Positions 10,268 to 20,062 of a stretch of 64,000 nucleotides of DNA are shown in pieces. Position numbers and translations under genes: made by a program. The notes beneath the pieces were generated by a model. That model was not told the DNA's origin. It did no database searches and saw only the letters and a list, made by a program, of their open reading frames with translations. Source of the DNA: Aureliella sp. Lineage in GTDB: Bacteria; Planctomycetota; Planctomycetia; Pirellulales; Pirellulaceae. The stretch's first letter is position 1; each line of letters begins with the position of its first letter. The stretch is taken from the NCBI GenBank assembly GCA_963691875.1, contig OY829846.1, forward strand, positions 1,664,001 to 1,728,000, read 5' to 3'.

Positions 10268-11122
10268 ATGCCCCCAACCTTCAAGGCAACCCCATTCGTG
10301 CGAACTACACTGCTCTTCATGCTCTTTGTGCTAATGTCCATCCAGTTTTTCGGACGCGCTGCTAAGGCCCAGCAACGGACGCATCAGCTTGCTAAAACGA
10401 CATGCGAAGGTACTTACAAGCATCACTTGCAGGGAATCTGCACGGACGGAGAGTCGATATACTGGTCCTTCACCACAACGCTGGTCAAAACAGACCTCGG
10501 TGGAAAAGTATTGATGCAGATTCCGGTTTCGAATCATCACGGTGATCTCTGCTTCCGCGAAGGGAAGATCTATGTCGCAGTGAACCTTGGCAAATTCAAT
10601 GACGCAAAGGGCAACGCCGATTCATGGGTTTACGTTTATGATGCTAGAAACCTGCAGGAAATTGCTCGCCATGAGACTCGCGAGGTCTTCCATGGGGCGG
10701 GTGGCATTGGCGTTGTTGATGATCATTTCTTCGTGGTAGGCGGATTGCCCCCAGGAGTCACCGAAAACTATGTCTACGAATACGACGGTCAATTTGGTTT
10801 CGTAGAAAAACATGTGATCAAGAGCGGTCACACGCTAATGGGAATCCAGACGGCAACTTTCGCTCACGATCGCTGGTGGTTCGGTTGCTACGGTAATCCC
10901 AAAATACTGCTTGTCACCGACAGAGACTTCAAGATGATCGGCCGCTACGAGTTCGATTGCTCGCTTGGCATCGAAGGTCTCCCGCAAGGCCGTTTGCTGG
11001 CGGCGACTGGGCAGTGTTCCAAGGAGACGGGTTGTGTCGGAAGTGTACGACTAGCGAGCCCAAATAAGAATGCTGGGCTGAAGTACCTACCAACGAAAGA
11101 GGATAAGAAAGATGAGCACTAG
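10268..11122 (+). CDS. Secreted hypothetical protein, probably a beta-propeller
   Basis: Signal peptide and beta-rich repeats (HHLQGICTDG, HHGDLCF, GIQTATF). The stop overlaps the next gene. The start was chosen at the ATG before the signal peptide. Confidence 0.75.
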   Translation: MPPTFKATPFVRTTLLFMLFVLMSIQFFGRAAKAQQRTHQLAKTTCEGTYKHHLQGICTDGESIYWSFTTTLVKTDLGGKVLMQIPVSNHHGDLCFREGKIYVAVNLGKFNDAKGNADSWVYVYDARNLQEIARHETREVFHGAGGIGVVDDHFFVVGGLPPGVTENYVYEYDGQFGFVEKHVIKSGHTLMGIQTATFAHDRWWFGCYGNPKILLVTDRDFKMIGRYEFDCSLGIEGLPQGRLLAATGQCSKETGCVGSVRLASPNKNAGLKYLPTKEDKKDEH

Positions 11123-12005
11123 TTTAGCCTCCAACCGCTGTGGACGACGCTCTTTTCTGCAAAATGGTGCACTAGTACTTACAACAGGAGTAGTTGCTTC
11201 GCGCTCGTTGTTGGCAGATCCCAACCCTCCGTCCGCTACGGTGGGTCTCGTCACAGATCTTCACTATGCCGATAAACCACCAGCTGGCTCACGGCACTAC
11301 CGTGAGACACCTGACAAGCTGGCCGATGCAGCAGAATATTTCACGAAGCAGCAGCCAAACTTCATCATAGAGCTCGGTGATTTCATCGACGCTGCTGACA
11401 GCGTGGATGCTGAACTGGGCTACTTGAAGAAGATCAATCGAGAATTCTCAAGCATATGCAAACAACGGCATTATGTGCTGGGCAATCACTGCGTGCACAC
11501 ACTCACGAAGGAAGAGTTCCTTGGTGGCGTCGAGCAGGAAAAGTCTTACTACTCTTTCGATCAAGGCGATTTTCACTTTGTAGTCCTCGACTCATGCTTC
11601 CGAAGTGATGGCGAGCCCTACGGAAGGAAGAATTTCAAGTGGACCGATCCAAACATTCCTGCGGCAGAAATGAAGTGGCTCAAGGATGACCTAGCAAGCA
11701 CTAACAAGAGTACGGTTGTGTTCGCGCATCAACGTCTCGACGTCAGTAATCAGCACGGAGTGAAGAACGGAGCGGAGGTTCGCAAGGTGTTGGAAGATTC
11801 CGGCAAAGTCCTAGCAGTATTCCAAGGACACAGCCACAAAAACGACCACAAAGACATTGGAGGAATCCACTACTGCACGCTAGTCGCCATGGTCGAAGGC
11901 TCAGGAGCCGAAAGCAACGGCTACTCCCTGATGAAAATCAGCCCGGACGGAACCATTAGTGTCGATGGCTTTCGCAAGCAATCCGACTATCATTGGACGA
12001 GCTGA
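11112..12005 (+). CDS. Tat-exported calcineurin-like metallophosphoesterase
   Basis: RRSFLQ Tat motif and the metal-binding motifs DLH, GDFID, GNHC, HQ and GHSH. Confidence 0.9.
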   Translation: MSTSLASNRCGRRSFLQNGALVLTTGVVASRSLLADPNPPSATVGLVTDLHYADKPPAGSRHYRETPDKLADAAEYFTKQQPNFIIELGDFIDAADSVDAELGYLKKINREFSSICKQRHYVLGNHCVHTLTKEEFLGGVEQEKSYYSFDQGDFHFVVLDSCFRSDGEPYGRKNFKWTDPNIPAAEMKWLKDDLASTNKSTVVFAHQRLDVSNQHGVKNGAEVRKVLEDSGKVLAVFQGHSHKNDHKDIGGIHYCTLVAMVEGSGAESNGYSLMKISPDGTISVDGFRKQSDYHWTS

Positions 12006-12564
12006 CGGGGAGTGACATCTCATCAGAACTTAAGCTCTCGCAGCAAGTAGTCGCGTCCAAAGAGCTATCGAGTTCAGGATGCAGCATGAGTGCACATGGA
12101 CGACAAATGAGTTTGTCTGGCATGTTGAGAACGTAGACTGATGTCGCTTCCCACATAAGAGCTACAGGGTTGCTGTGTCTCAAAGAGACAAACTTTGCGG
12201 CGCGATGCACTTAGCATTCAGTCCGTTGCACCGGATCGTGATCCTGGCCTGACTTTTCTGAAAAAAACAGTTGTAATCTTGGCCGTATTCGCATAGTCCT
12301 GCAGCATAATCTCACGATGCTGTGTATCCATACATTTTGCAACGGGTCCGTGCAGGCCCTCAATGTTAAGGCGTGCATTCTCTTCTAGATGCGCCCCGTC
12401 GATCGTTGCAAGTCTTCGATCAATGAACATCTGAGTTCAGGAACAAGAAATAGTCAACTGATATGTTGATTTGTAGTCAAGAAGCAACGGGACTTATCAG
12501 AGTTATCGCAATTGTTTTCCATTGAGCTAGGAAGTCTTCCACCTTACAGCAACACGAAATCAAA

Positions 12565-14142
12565 CTACTCTTTTGGCTTCGCCGGATACCGACGAACCTT
12601 GACGTCGTTCCGTTGCTTTGGACCTGGAGTGCTTCGACCGCTGGTGATGAGTTCTTCCAAAAGCGTTTGCATCTCTTCGAGTTTCTCGGGCTGGGTTGCG
12701 GCAAGGTTTTGGGACTCACTGAGATCGGAAGAAAGATCGTAGAGTTGCAGTGGTTGGCTTTGGTCACCACCTTTACCCCAACCGCCAGAACCGGTTGCTG
12801 CGATGTACTTCCAGTTGTCCCGACGCACGCTGGGAACGCCTTTGATAGAACAACTAATTGAAGTGTTTCGGATTGGTTGGTCGGCGCCCTTCAACAATGG
12901 TAGGAAGCTGAAACTATCTTCGCCGGCATCATCAGGAAGCTCGGTACCGAGAATGTCCGCTATGGTCGCCAACAAGTCCGCTTGATGAACTAGTTGATCA
13001 CTTGTGGTTCCAGCACTAACCTTGCTCGGCCAACGGACGATAAACGGAACGCGATGTCCGCCTTCCCAAGCATCAGCTTTGTAGCCGCGTAATGGTCCAC
13101 TGGGAAAATGACCTTTCGTCTCCAACTCGCCAACGTTGATATACGGAGCACAACCGTTGTCGCTGGTGAAAAGTACTAAAGTGTTTTCACTTGCACCACT
13201 CTTTGCTAAGGCCTCGAGAACTTGCCCCACAATGTCATCGGTTTCCATGACGAAGTCTGCGTAAAGGTTCAGTCCACTCTTTCCCTTCCATGGCTCATTA
13301 ACCGAAAGCGGTGTGTGCGGAGACGTAAGCGGCAAATAGAGCAAGAAAGGCTCTGCTGTTTTGGCCTCGCGCTCGATAAACCCCGCAGCGCGATCTCCTA
13401 GGGCTGGCAAAATGGGCTCGAGCGCCCATCCTTTGATTGCTGGACCTTGTTGGCTAGCCTGATTCTGCATGAATAGCTTCGCATCGGCGTACTCGGAAGG
13501 AATGCCCACGGTGCGATCATTTTCGATGAAACAGTAGGGCGGCCAGTTGGGTACGTCCGTTCCAAAATACTCGTCGAATCCAACTGCAGTTGGCCCACCA
13601 GTAATGACTTGCGAGAAAGTTTCTTTCCATGCGAATCGGTGGTCTTTAGTAGCTTGCAGATCCTTCTTGCCGCCATATCCAGTGGTTCGAAAATACTTCA
13701 TCTTGTCCTTTGCGATGGGCCAGTCCCAGCCTAGGTGCCATTTACCGATACAAGCTGTCGTGTAGCCCTGCTGCTTCGCCAAGGTAGCGACCGTCATCCG
13801 ATCCGCCGAAATCAATGGCGGCCCCCAAAGCCCAACGATGCCGCTTTGCAAAAGACTGCGCCAGTGATAGCGGCCAGTTAGAATTGTATAGCGTGACGGT
13901 GAGCAAACTCCCGAAGAGGAGTGACCATCCGTGAATCGTATGCCTTGCTCGGCCAGGCGATCGATGTGTGGCGTCGGGATTTTCCCATGTTGCACGTTGT
14001 AGCAATGGACATCCCCGAAGCCTAGATCATCGGCATAAATTATTAGAATGTTTGGACGTTCAGCGAGGCAGCATTGCGTCCGTACTACTAGTGCCAGGAT
14101 GATGACCATAAGCTGGAGCAGAGGGAATGGTCGAAACTGCAT
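12565..14142 (-). CDS. Arylsulfatase (formylglycine-dependent, Cys-type)
   Basis: PNILIIYADDLGFGD, CSPSR, GKWHLG, SDNG and EGGHRVPFIVRWP. Confidence 0.95.
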   Translation of the reverse strand: MQFRPFPLLQLMVIILALVVRTQCCLAERPNILIIYADDLGFGDVHCYNVQHGKIPTPHIDRLAEQGIRFTDGHSSSGVCSPSRYTILTGRYHWRSLLQSGIVGLWGPPLISADRMTVATLAKQQGYTTACIGKWHLGWDWPIAKDKMKYFRTTGYGGKKDLQATKDHRFAWKETFSQVITGGPTAVGFDEYFGTDVPNWPPYCFIENDRTVGIPSEYADAKLFMQNQASQQGPAIKGWALEPILPALGDRAAGFIEREAKTAEPFLLYLPLTSPHTPLSVNEPWKGKSGLNLYADFVMETDDIVGQVLEALAKSGASENTLVLFTSDNGCAPYINVGELETKGHFPSGPLRGYKADAWEGGHRVPFIVRWPSKVSAGTTSDQLVHQADLLATIADILGTELPDDAGEDSFSFLPLLKGADQPIRNTSISCSIKGVPSVRRDNWKYIAATGSGGWGKGGDQSQPLQLYDLSSDLSESQNLAATQPEKLEEMQTLLEELITSGRSTPGPKQRNDVKVRRYPAKPKE

Positions 14143-14643
14143 TTATGCAACCGAGAAGAAAAAGTTCATTTTTGCGTTTGCTTGGACTCCGTAGTATATC
14201 GCTTCGGAGCCAGAAGAGATCGCTGGCCAACTAGCCCCGCTTCAGTTTGCGGAGTGACGTCGCAACACGCCCCGTCAAACACAACGAGATATCGCCCTGA
14301 CGCGACATGAACTCCATCTACATCTCTAGACCTAACATATGCTTTCCAAGACGCAATTCTTCGCCCGTTTTGCTCTCTGGCACCGACCACTTGATAAGTC
14401 ATGTCAGCGTTCCGGAGGCCCTTGCCAATTCCACGTCCACCATGATGGGCGGCATCCGATTTTTACCCCAAACTTGAAATTGTTTCGATATGAACTTCTA
14501 TTTCGCAATGCTCAACACACGGCGAGATTCAGCTAATTTACGACACCGATTCGCCCTGGGCGCACAGTAAGTTGTCGGTGGGGCTCCACAAATTAGGTTA
14601 GAATTAGGTACTTAAGACTTGTTGAGCTATCAGGTAATCAAAA

Positions 14644-16005
14644 ATGTTGCGTTCTATCTTCCCAATCATTTCTCCATTCTTGCTCGTACCTCTGTGCATC
14701 ATGGATGCCGGTAACCTCGCGGCTGAAACGAAAAACGCGGGTCCGCCGCCAAGAGCAGAGCAACCTTCGTATGAAAAAGTGGCCAGTTCAGTGGCGACAA
14801 TGAAAGTGGAGGATGTAGCCTGGCGTAAAGTAAAATGGAGGACTTGTTTGCTGGAGGGGCTAAAGGCCTCAAGGAAGCAGGACAAGCCGATCATCTTGTG
14901 GATATTCATTGACCGTCCCATCGATGACGAACGTTGCTGAGTGTTCGCTTCAGCTGCCCGTGAGGTAGTTTTCTCAAATCCTGAAGTTGTGCGTCGCGTC
15001 AACAAGGAGTTCATTCCGGTGGCGCTCAAAGCGGCTATGGTCAATAGTCCGCCGGAAGGAACTGAAGGCAAATTGCTTGCTGAGATTGCACGATCTAGAC
15101 CAGCCCCTCAAGGAATCTGCACAGTCAACTCAAAAGGGAAAGTGCTTGCCTGGTCTTTGGGGTTTGAGAATAGGCAAAGCATTTTGGAGTTCCTTGATCA
15201 CGTCTCAGCTCGCTTTCAGCTTGTCCGCGATGCAACTTCAGATGTGACAGCGGAGCGTTATCAACGCTTCCCTACAATGAAACTACCTGATGTCCCAGAC
15301 TCGAACGTCGCAATTGAATTTCCGAACAAACATGGCCCATCGGAAAAATGCCCTCTCGCAGTCGAAATGGAAGAAGGAACATTGGATGGACGCGTCATCG
15401 GTCGTGCCTTAGACGAAGACGGAGAGCCAAGAGCGCGGACAGAGCTTCAAGAAAACTATATGGAAGCTCGAATTCAGATTCCCCGTGCTGTGCAAAGAGA
15501 ATTCCTTCGTGCGATGGATCACGCTATGGAGAAGAGCGGAAGCTTCACTGTCCCGGAAGCTTTTGCAGATGCCCTCGTAACGCCCAGCTATCTTGGTCAA
15601 CTGGATGTAGCACCTGCTGGTCATTTGCCTCGCTCCGTTAGCACGAAGTTTAAGATTGCGTTGGGTGGAGAAATTGTTAAGACCGATGAGTCAAACGTGA
15701 CTTTGGTTCGTATAGACGGGGATTCTGACCTGCGCGGCAAGAAAGATCCTCAGTTCGTCGCGCAGGATGGATGGAGCTGGTCGCACGATGTTGCACTAGA
15801 TTGGTATGGTTTTGTTCGTATCGAGAATGAGCAAATCACCGAAGTCGTCTTGACCGCCAAGGGCAATGAGCGACTCGTTTGGGAGCACACCAAGTTCAAG
15901 ATGTGGACCGAACCTGACCCGCAAAACATGATGGCAGGACACGGAATAGACTTTGATGGACGATCGATCTACGGCATTCGCCTTCAGCGACACATGGCAA
16001 AGTAG
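14644..16005 (+). CDS. Putative exported selenoprotein (453 aa) with a thioredoxin-like, SelN-like CU motif; Sec at TGA 14938-14940
   Basis: ORFs 14644-14940 and 14941-16005 abut in the same frame, reading KPIILWIFIDRPIDDERC-TGA-VFASAAREVVFSNPEVVRRVNKEFIPVAL. A hairpin starts 11 nt after the TGA. Confidence 0.7.
14952..14970 (+). promoter_or_regulatory. Candidate bacterial SECIS element
   Basis: 7-bp stem AGCUGCC/GGUAGUU (two G-U pairs) with loop CGUGA, following an 11-nt spacer from the UGA. Confidence 0.55.
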
Positions 16006-16355
16006 AGGTCTCGTTCGTTCCGGGCTCAATAAGCCTGATGTAAGAGCTGACGAAGCATGGGAAAGGTTTCTGAGAAACGTCTTTCCAAACTATCGCAAGT
16101 ATGCGGGAGCCTTCTCATTGCGCACGATCGTTAGCGTTGCAAACCCGGGTTTGCAATGCGGCTTCGGACCTTAGATTCATGTCTCGCCTCTGTACCGACC
16201 CATATTCGCTCCGCATCCTCGACAGAATCCAAAGGCACGACGCTCTAGCGATTGGGCGTCACCACACCAGTCATGAATCGCATCTCGCTGTGAAGAGCGC
16301 GCGTCACCACCGTGGGGCCATGCCACAAAATCTCTTCGCCAGCCGAATATTCGAC

Positions 16356-16682
16356 TCACAAGGAAACCTTGTAGCCGTATTCATCAAGGTGCAGAAAAGG
16401 CTTAGTTTCTGCCTGAGATCGGCTTTCATCTTCAGCTCTTATGTCACGTTGTTGAGCAGCACTCGCAACTTCTTGTTCTGGCGAGTTTGTTGCCTTTGCT
16501 GGTGCAATTTCGAGATCGTCAAAGATAAAGGGAAAGGAAATGAGGCCAGCTATCACAATTATTGTGTCAACGCCGCCGAAGAACAGAGCATTCTTGCTGG
16601 TACGAAAAGCTCGGCCGACTTCCGTGGCAGGCGTCCGCGCATCATTGGCAGTCTGCTGCTGCTCGGAATTAGGTATTTGCAC
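16356..16682 (-). pseudogene. Probable truncated single-pass membrane protein
   Basis: One TM segment. Plausible sequence continues in frame past the TGA (VEYSAGEEILWHGPTVV...) until a TAG. Confidence 0.3.
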
Positions 16683-16971
16683 TGCACCAGCACTGAGGGC
16701 AATTCATGCACTTGGCGAAGTGCTGCGGGCTAGCGCTGAGTTTTGGTTGACAACTACCGCAGGCAACTTGAATTGCAGTGGGCCTTACATTGGCTAAGGC
16801 GTTGACATGCTGTGTAGGTCGTGTCTTAGGGGATTCGCCAGAATTCCTGTTCGCAGAACGCGCCAGATCTGGTCAGGTAAGAAAACATTATTCTACATCG
16901 GTTCACGAAGCGGTGGCGTTGTTGGCTCGATACCGCTGCGATAGCGTCGGGAACTCGGGCGAATCCCAGTA

Positions 16972-17751
16972 CTAGAGCTCACGCAAGAATGAGATTGCGT
17001 TGGCTACGTCGGTCAAGCCACCATGTGCATTGGCTTCGACATGAAACCATCCGTCATAGCGTCGTTCTTCAAGGACGCCGAGCACTTCGGGAATCTCGGC
17101 CGAGCCTTGGCCCAGTGGCACCTCAAGCCCGCGGCCGCGAGCTAGATCGCGAACCCCATCACGGGCAATCATGGCGAGAGTCCACGAAGCACAGTCACGA
17201 ATCGATTCTTCGTCGAAGTGATCATTTACAATTAAGTTACCGGGATTGTAAGCCACACCGATTGCCTGCTCTGGCAAACTATCCAATAGACCAGTCAGCC
17301 TCTCCGCCGGTTCCGAACCAGTTTCGCAAGCCAACATTGCCCCGACATGAGCTCCGTGCCGAGCCAAGTCGGAAAGGCTGTTTTGGAGTTGAGTGTATGC
17401 AGGATGCTCGTTCTCTTCTGGAACCGCACCGACAGCGTTGATGACTACACTTGCACCGAGACTGTATGCAAAACTCATCGCCTTGCGAGTTGCATCCATC
17501 CGGCGGTCCAAATCGTCGAGAACATCGTAGCCGCGACGTGTTGGAAAACGGATCGCCGCGACTCGTAGATTCAAGTCGCTCATCATTTTTTTGAGCTGAC
17601 GCCGTCCCGTATCGCTCAGCTCGTCGGGCCTGAGCATGTTGCGCACGTCGATCTCAACGCCCTCTGCACCCAGCTGGGACGCAGTCTGTAAGGCTTGCTT
17701 GAAAGGTTGCCCCAGAGTAGACAGCGACAAAGCAATTTTCACGTTGGCCAA
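16972..17751 (-). CDS. Sugar phosphate isomerase/epimerase family protein (xylose isomerase-like TIM barrel)
   Basis: GAEGVEID, LACETG, RDG and EVPLGQG...YDGWFHVE motifs. Confidence 0.85.
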   Translation of the reverse strand: MANVKIALSLSTLGQPFKQALQTASQLGAEGVEIDVRNMLRPDELSDTGRRQLKKMMSDLNLRVAAIRFPTRRGYDVLDDLDRRMDATRKAMSFAYSLGASVVINAVGAVPEENEHPAYTQLQNSLSDLARHGAHVGAMLACETGSEPAERLTGLLDSLPEQAIGVAYNPGNLIVNDHFDEESIRDCASWTLAMIARDGVRDLARGRGLEVPLGQGSAEIPEVLGVLEERRYDGWFHVEANAHGGLTDVANAISFLREL

Positions 17752-17872
17752 GATATCTTCCTGTCAGCTACAAACTCGTTTTGAGAACAGTTTACGAGAC
17801 TAGCGTGGGAAGTTAAGTGCCTTGATTGGAAAATCTAGGCCGAGTTGTCGGCGTTGCACGCACTCAGAACAA

Positions 17873-18679
17873 CTAGAAACGCCAAAAATAATTCGTGGAC
17901 AGAATGTGGTTGTTGCGATCGTCAGCGCTGCGTCGACGAATGAACTGATTCAAATATCCAACTTCTAAGCGTGGGGCGTTGTCGCCTTGAAACTGCCAGC
18001 CCAATCCGACAAAGGCACGATTTTGAGACAGGCTTGCGTTTTGTCCCCAATCTGTCGAGTTCAGGTCGAAGAACGCCTCGTCCCAAATCGAAAAACTTAG
18101 CTGGTCGCAGATTGGCAGTGGCTTGAGCAGCTTGGCAAACTGGCGGTATCGCCAGCCGGTGTCGTTGCCCGTTTCAACGAATCTTTGCTCAAGACGGCTG
18201 CGAAGAGAAATTGTGCCACAATCAAATTTATTAGACCACGAAAGTTGTTGCCAGATTCGGCTTTCATCGAATACCGGGTTGCCACTCGCGGGCAAAGTGT
18301 TGATCCATCCATAGCCCAGCCAGACCGTTGCGTTGTCGCTGATCTGGTAGCCGACGCCTGGCCGTAGGATGCTCTGATTGAATCCGCCAGCATCGTCCAG
18401 GTATCGCAGGTGACCGTCGAACCACCACTTCACGTTCGAGTCGGCAATCCGTCCTTGAGCCAACGTGGCAAACCAAGAACCGAAATCATGAGTGGTTTGG
18501 GCCGAAGCAAAAGTTCCGGTCCAACTAGTAGCGACAAAAACAAGCAGAATAGCGAGCCGTTCAAATTGTTTTCTTGTCGATTTTCTGCGCAACATAGTTC
18601 GCTCCAGCAATCCATTGCTATCAAATTCGATCGGCGACTTCGCTATTCGCCTTCGCCGCCAAATATCGACAGAGGCCAT
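17873..18679 (-). CDS. DUF2490-like outer membrane beta-barrel protein (true start probably downstream)
   Basis: Signal peptide, LRPGVGY, ESRIWQQ, RSRLEQRF, QNRAFVGLG, EVGYLNQ and a C-terminal Phe. Confidence 0.8.
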   Translation of the reverse strand: MASVDIWRRRRIAKSPIEFDSNGLLERTMLRRKSTRKQFERLAILLVFVATSWTGTFASAQTTHDFGSWFATLAQGRIADSNVKWWFDGHLRYLDDAGGFNQSILRPGVGYQISDNATVWLGYGWINTLPASGNPVFDESRIWQQLSWSNKFDCGTISLRSRLEQRFVETGNDTGWRYRQFAKLLKPLPICDQLSFSIWDEAFFDLNSTDWGQNASLSQNRAFVGLGWQFQGDNAPRLEVGYLNQFIRRRSADDRNNHILSTNYFWRF

Positions 18680-18816
18680 GGATCCTTTCGAGGCGCAAAT
18701 CAGGCTGTGCCCAAAATTTCAAAGAATCTAACTCGAGCCGCTCGTACAACCAGACCTAGCACCCACCCGATGTGGAGGTTGTCGAGCAGATCAGAATTGC
18801 GGGATCGGGCATAAAA

Positions 18817-19818
18817 TTAGCGAGCGATTTCCGCGACAGACTCGCGAAGAACCAATTCGCCTTGAAATACTTTGGACGAGAAGTTGTTGCCTGCGATCAT
18901 TTCCAGCAAAGCTTTGGAAGCTTGAGATCCCATCTCTCGTGCTGGCTGACGTAGGGTTGTCAGTGGAGGGATCGTGAAAGACGTTTCCAGTTGATCGTCG
19001 AAACCAACTATGGAAACTTGCTCGGGAACCGCGACGTTATGATGGTGCAATGCGAGGCGCACCCCGAATGCGGTGAGGTCATTGGCAGCGACAACTGCTG
19101 TAAATTCCACTTTCTCAGTTAGCAAATTATCAACCGCAGCCATGCCTGATTCGGCTGAAAAATCACCTTGATACACCAAACGGGAATCTAGCTCGATTCC
19201 GTTGTCCCGTAGCGCTCGCTGGTAACCTTCGAAACGATCCGTTGCATCGCGATGATGCTCTAAGCCCCGAACGACTGCAATTTTACGATGGCCCTTGTCG
19301 ATTAGGTGCTTGGTGAGTTGATACGAACCAAGTTCATTGTCCATCGAGATACAGATGTTGCCGCGTCCAGAAAGCTGCCGAGCGACAATGACCGTGGGCA
19401 GATCACCGCAGAGGTCGGAAATCTCGTCGCCAGGCAAACTACCGCCAATCAACACGAGACCGTCAACACGCCTGCCCATGAGAGCCTGGATTGCCTCAAG
19501 CTCTTCTGCTGCTTGCCACCGGCCATCAGCAAAGATCGGCGAATAATCCGTTTCGTGCAGTTCGGCTACGACGCCCTGGGCGATCGTGTCATAGAAAGGA
19601 CTACCAATGAGCTGTGTCACGACACCGATCGTCATCGAGCGGCCACCGGCAAGACTGCTGGCGATCACATTGGGTTTGAATCCGAGCCGATCAATTGCCT
19701 TCAGAACGGCGGCTTTTTTCTCTGGATTGACAGCCGCGGTGCCGTTGAGCACGCGAGAAACTGTACTTTTCGAGACTTCAGCTACTCGAGCGATATCCTG
19801 GATGGTGGTTTTGCTCAT
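18817..19818 (-). CDS. LacI-family transcriptional regulator
   Basis: TIQDIARVAEVSKSTVSRVLNG helix-turn-helix, VPEQVSIVGFDD and PPLTTLRQP. Confidence 0.95.
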   Translation of the reverse strand: MSKTTIQDIARVAEVSKSTVSRVLNGTAAVNPEKKAAVLKAIDRLGFKPNVIASSLAGGRSMTIGVVTQLIGSPFYDTIAQGVVAELHETDYSPIFADGRWQAAEELEAIQALMGRRVDGLVLIGGSLPGDEISDLCGDLPTVIVARQLSGRGNICISMDNELGSYQLTKHLIDKGHRKIAVVRGLEHHRDATDRFEGYQRALRDNGIELDSRLVYQGDFSAESGMAAVDNLLTEKVEFTAVVAANDLTAFGVRLALHHHNVAVPEQVSIVGFDDQLETSFTIPPLTTLRQPAREMGSQASKALLEMIAGNNFSSKVFQGELVLRESVAEIAR

Positions 19819-19920
19819 TTAGTCGGGCAATATTGCCTTAGTACGCGTTTGGGAGCTCTCAAAACCTAAGTCTACCATGGCGTTGCCATTTGGCGGTTCA
19901 ACTGCAACCGCGCACTCCCC

Positions 19921-20002
19921 GAGAAACCGCTTTCTCGCATCCACTACCAACGGATTACATGTTGAAAACGGCCTCAGAAACGCTATCATGAAAGCGGTTT
20001 CA
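19921..20002. promoter_or_regulatory. Cluster of LacI-type operators
   Basis: GAGAAACCGCTTTCTC (19921-19936) and TGAAAGCGGTTTCA (19989-20002), plus weaker TGAAAACGGCCTCA (19963-19976) and CAGAAACGCTATCA (19975-19988). All have a central CG and lie in the divergent lacI/MFS gap. Confidence 0.7.
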
Positions 20003-20062
20003 AGCTCCATGTATGGCCTTGAAAGCCTTCGGTCACCTTTCCCCAGATTCCAAGCAACACGA

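Larger units (their letters stand above)
7981..16700. mobile_element. Probable tRNA-Gln-anchored genomic island (right boundary uncertain)
   Basis: Integrase beside a tRNA, followed by unrelated accessory genes and gene remnants. No attR duplication was found by eye. Confidence 0.4.

Noticed and set aside
16356..16358. In-frame TGA with plausible downstream sequence as possible selenocysteine
   Set aside because: There is no Cys/redox context and a TAG follows within about 40 codons, so decay is the simpler explanation.
16005..16972. attR copy of the tRNA-Gln 3' end
   Set aside because: No match was found by eye, so the island boundary remains unproven.
19877..20062. 62-aa N-terminal extension of the MFS ORF
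   Set aside because: It overlaps the operator cluster; the ATG at 20063 is the more plausible start.
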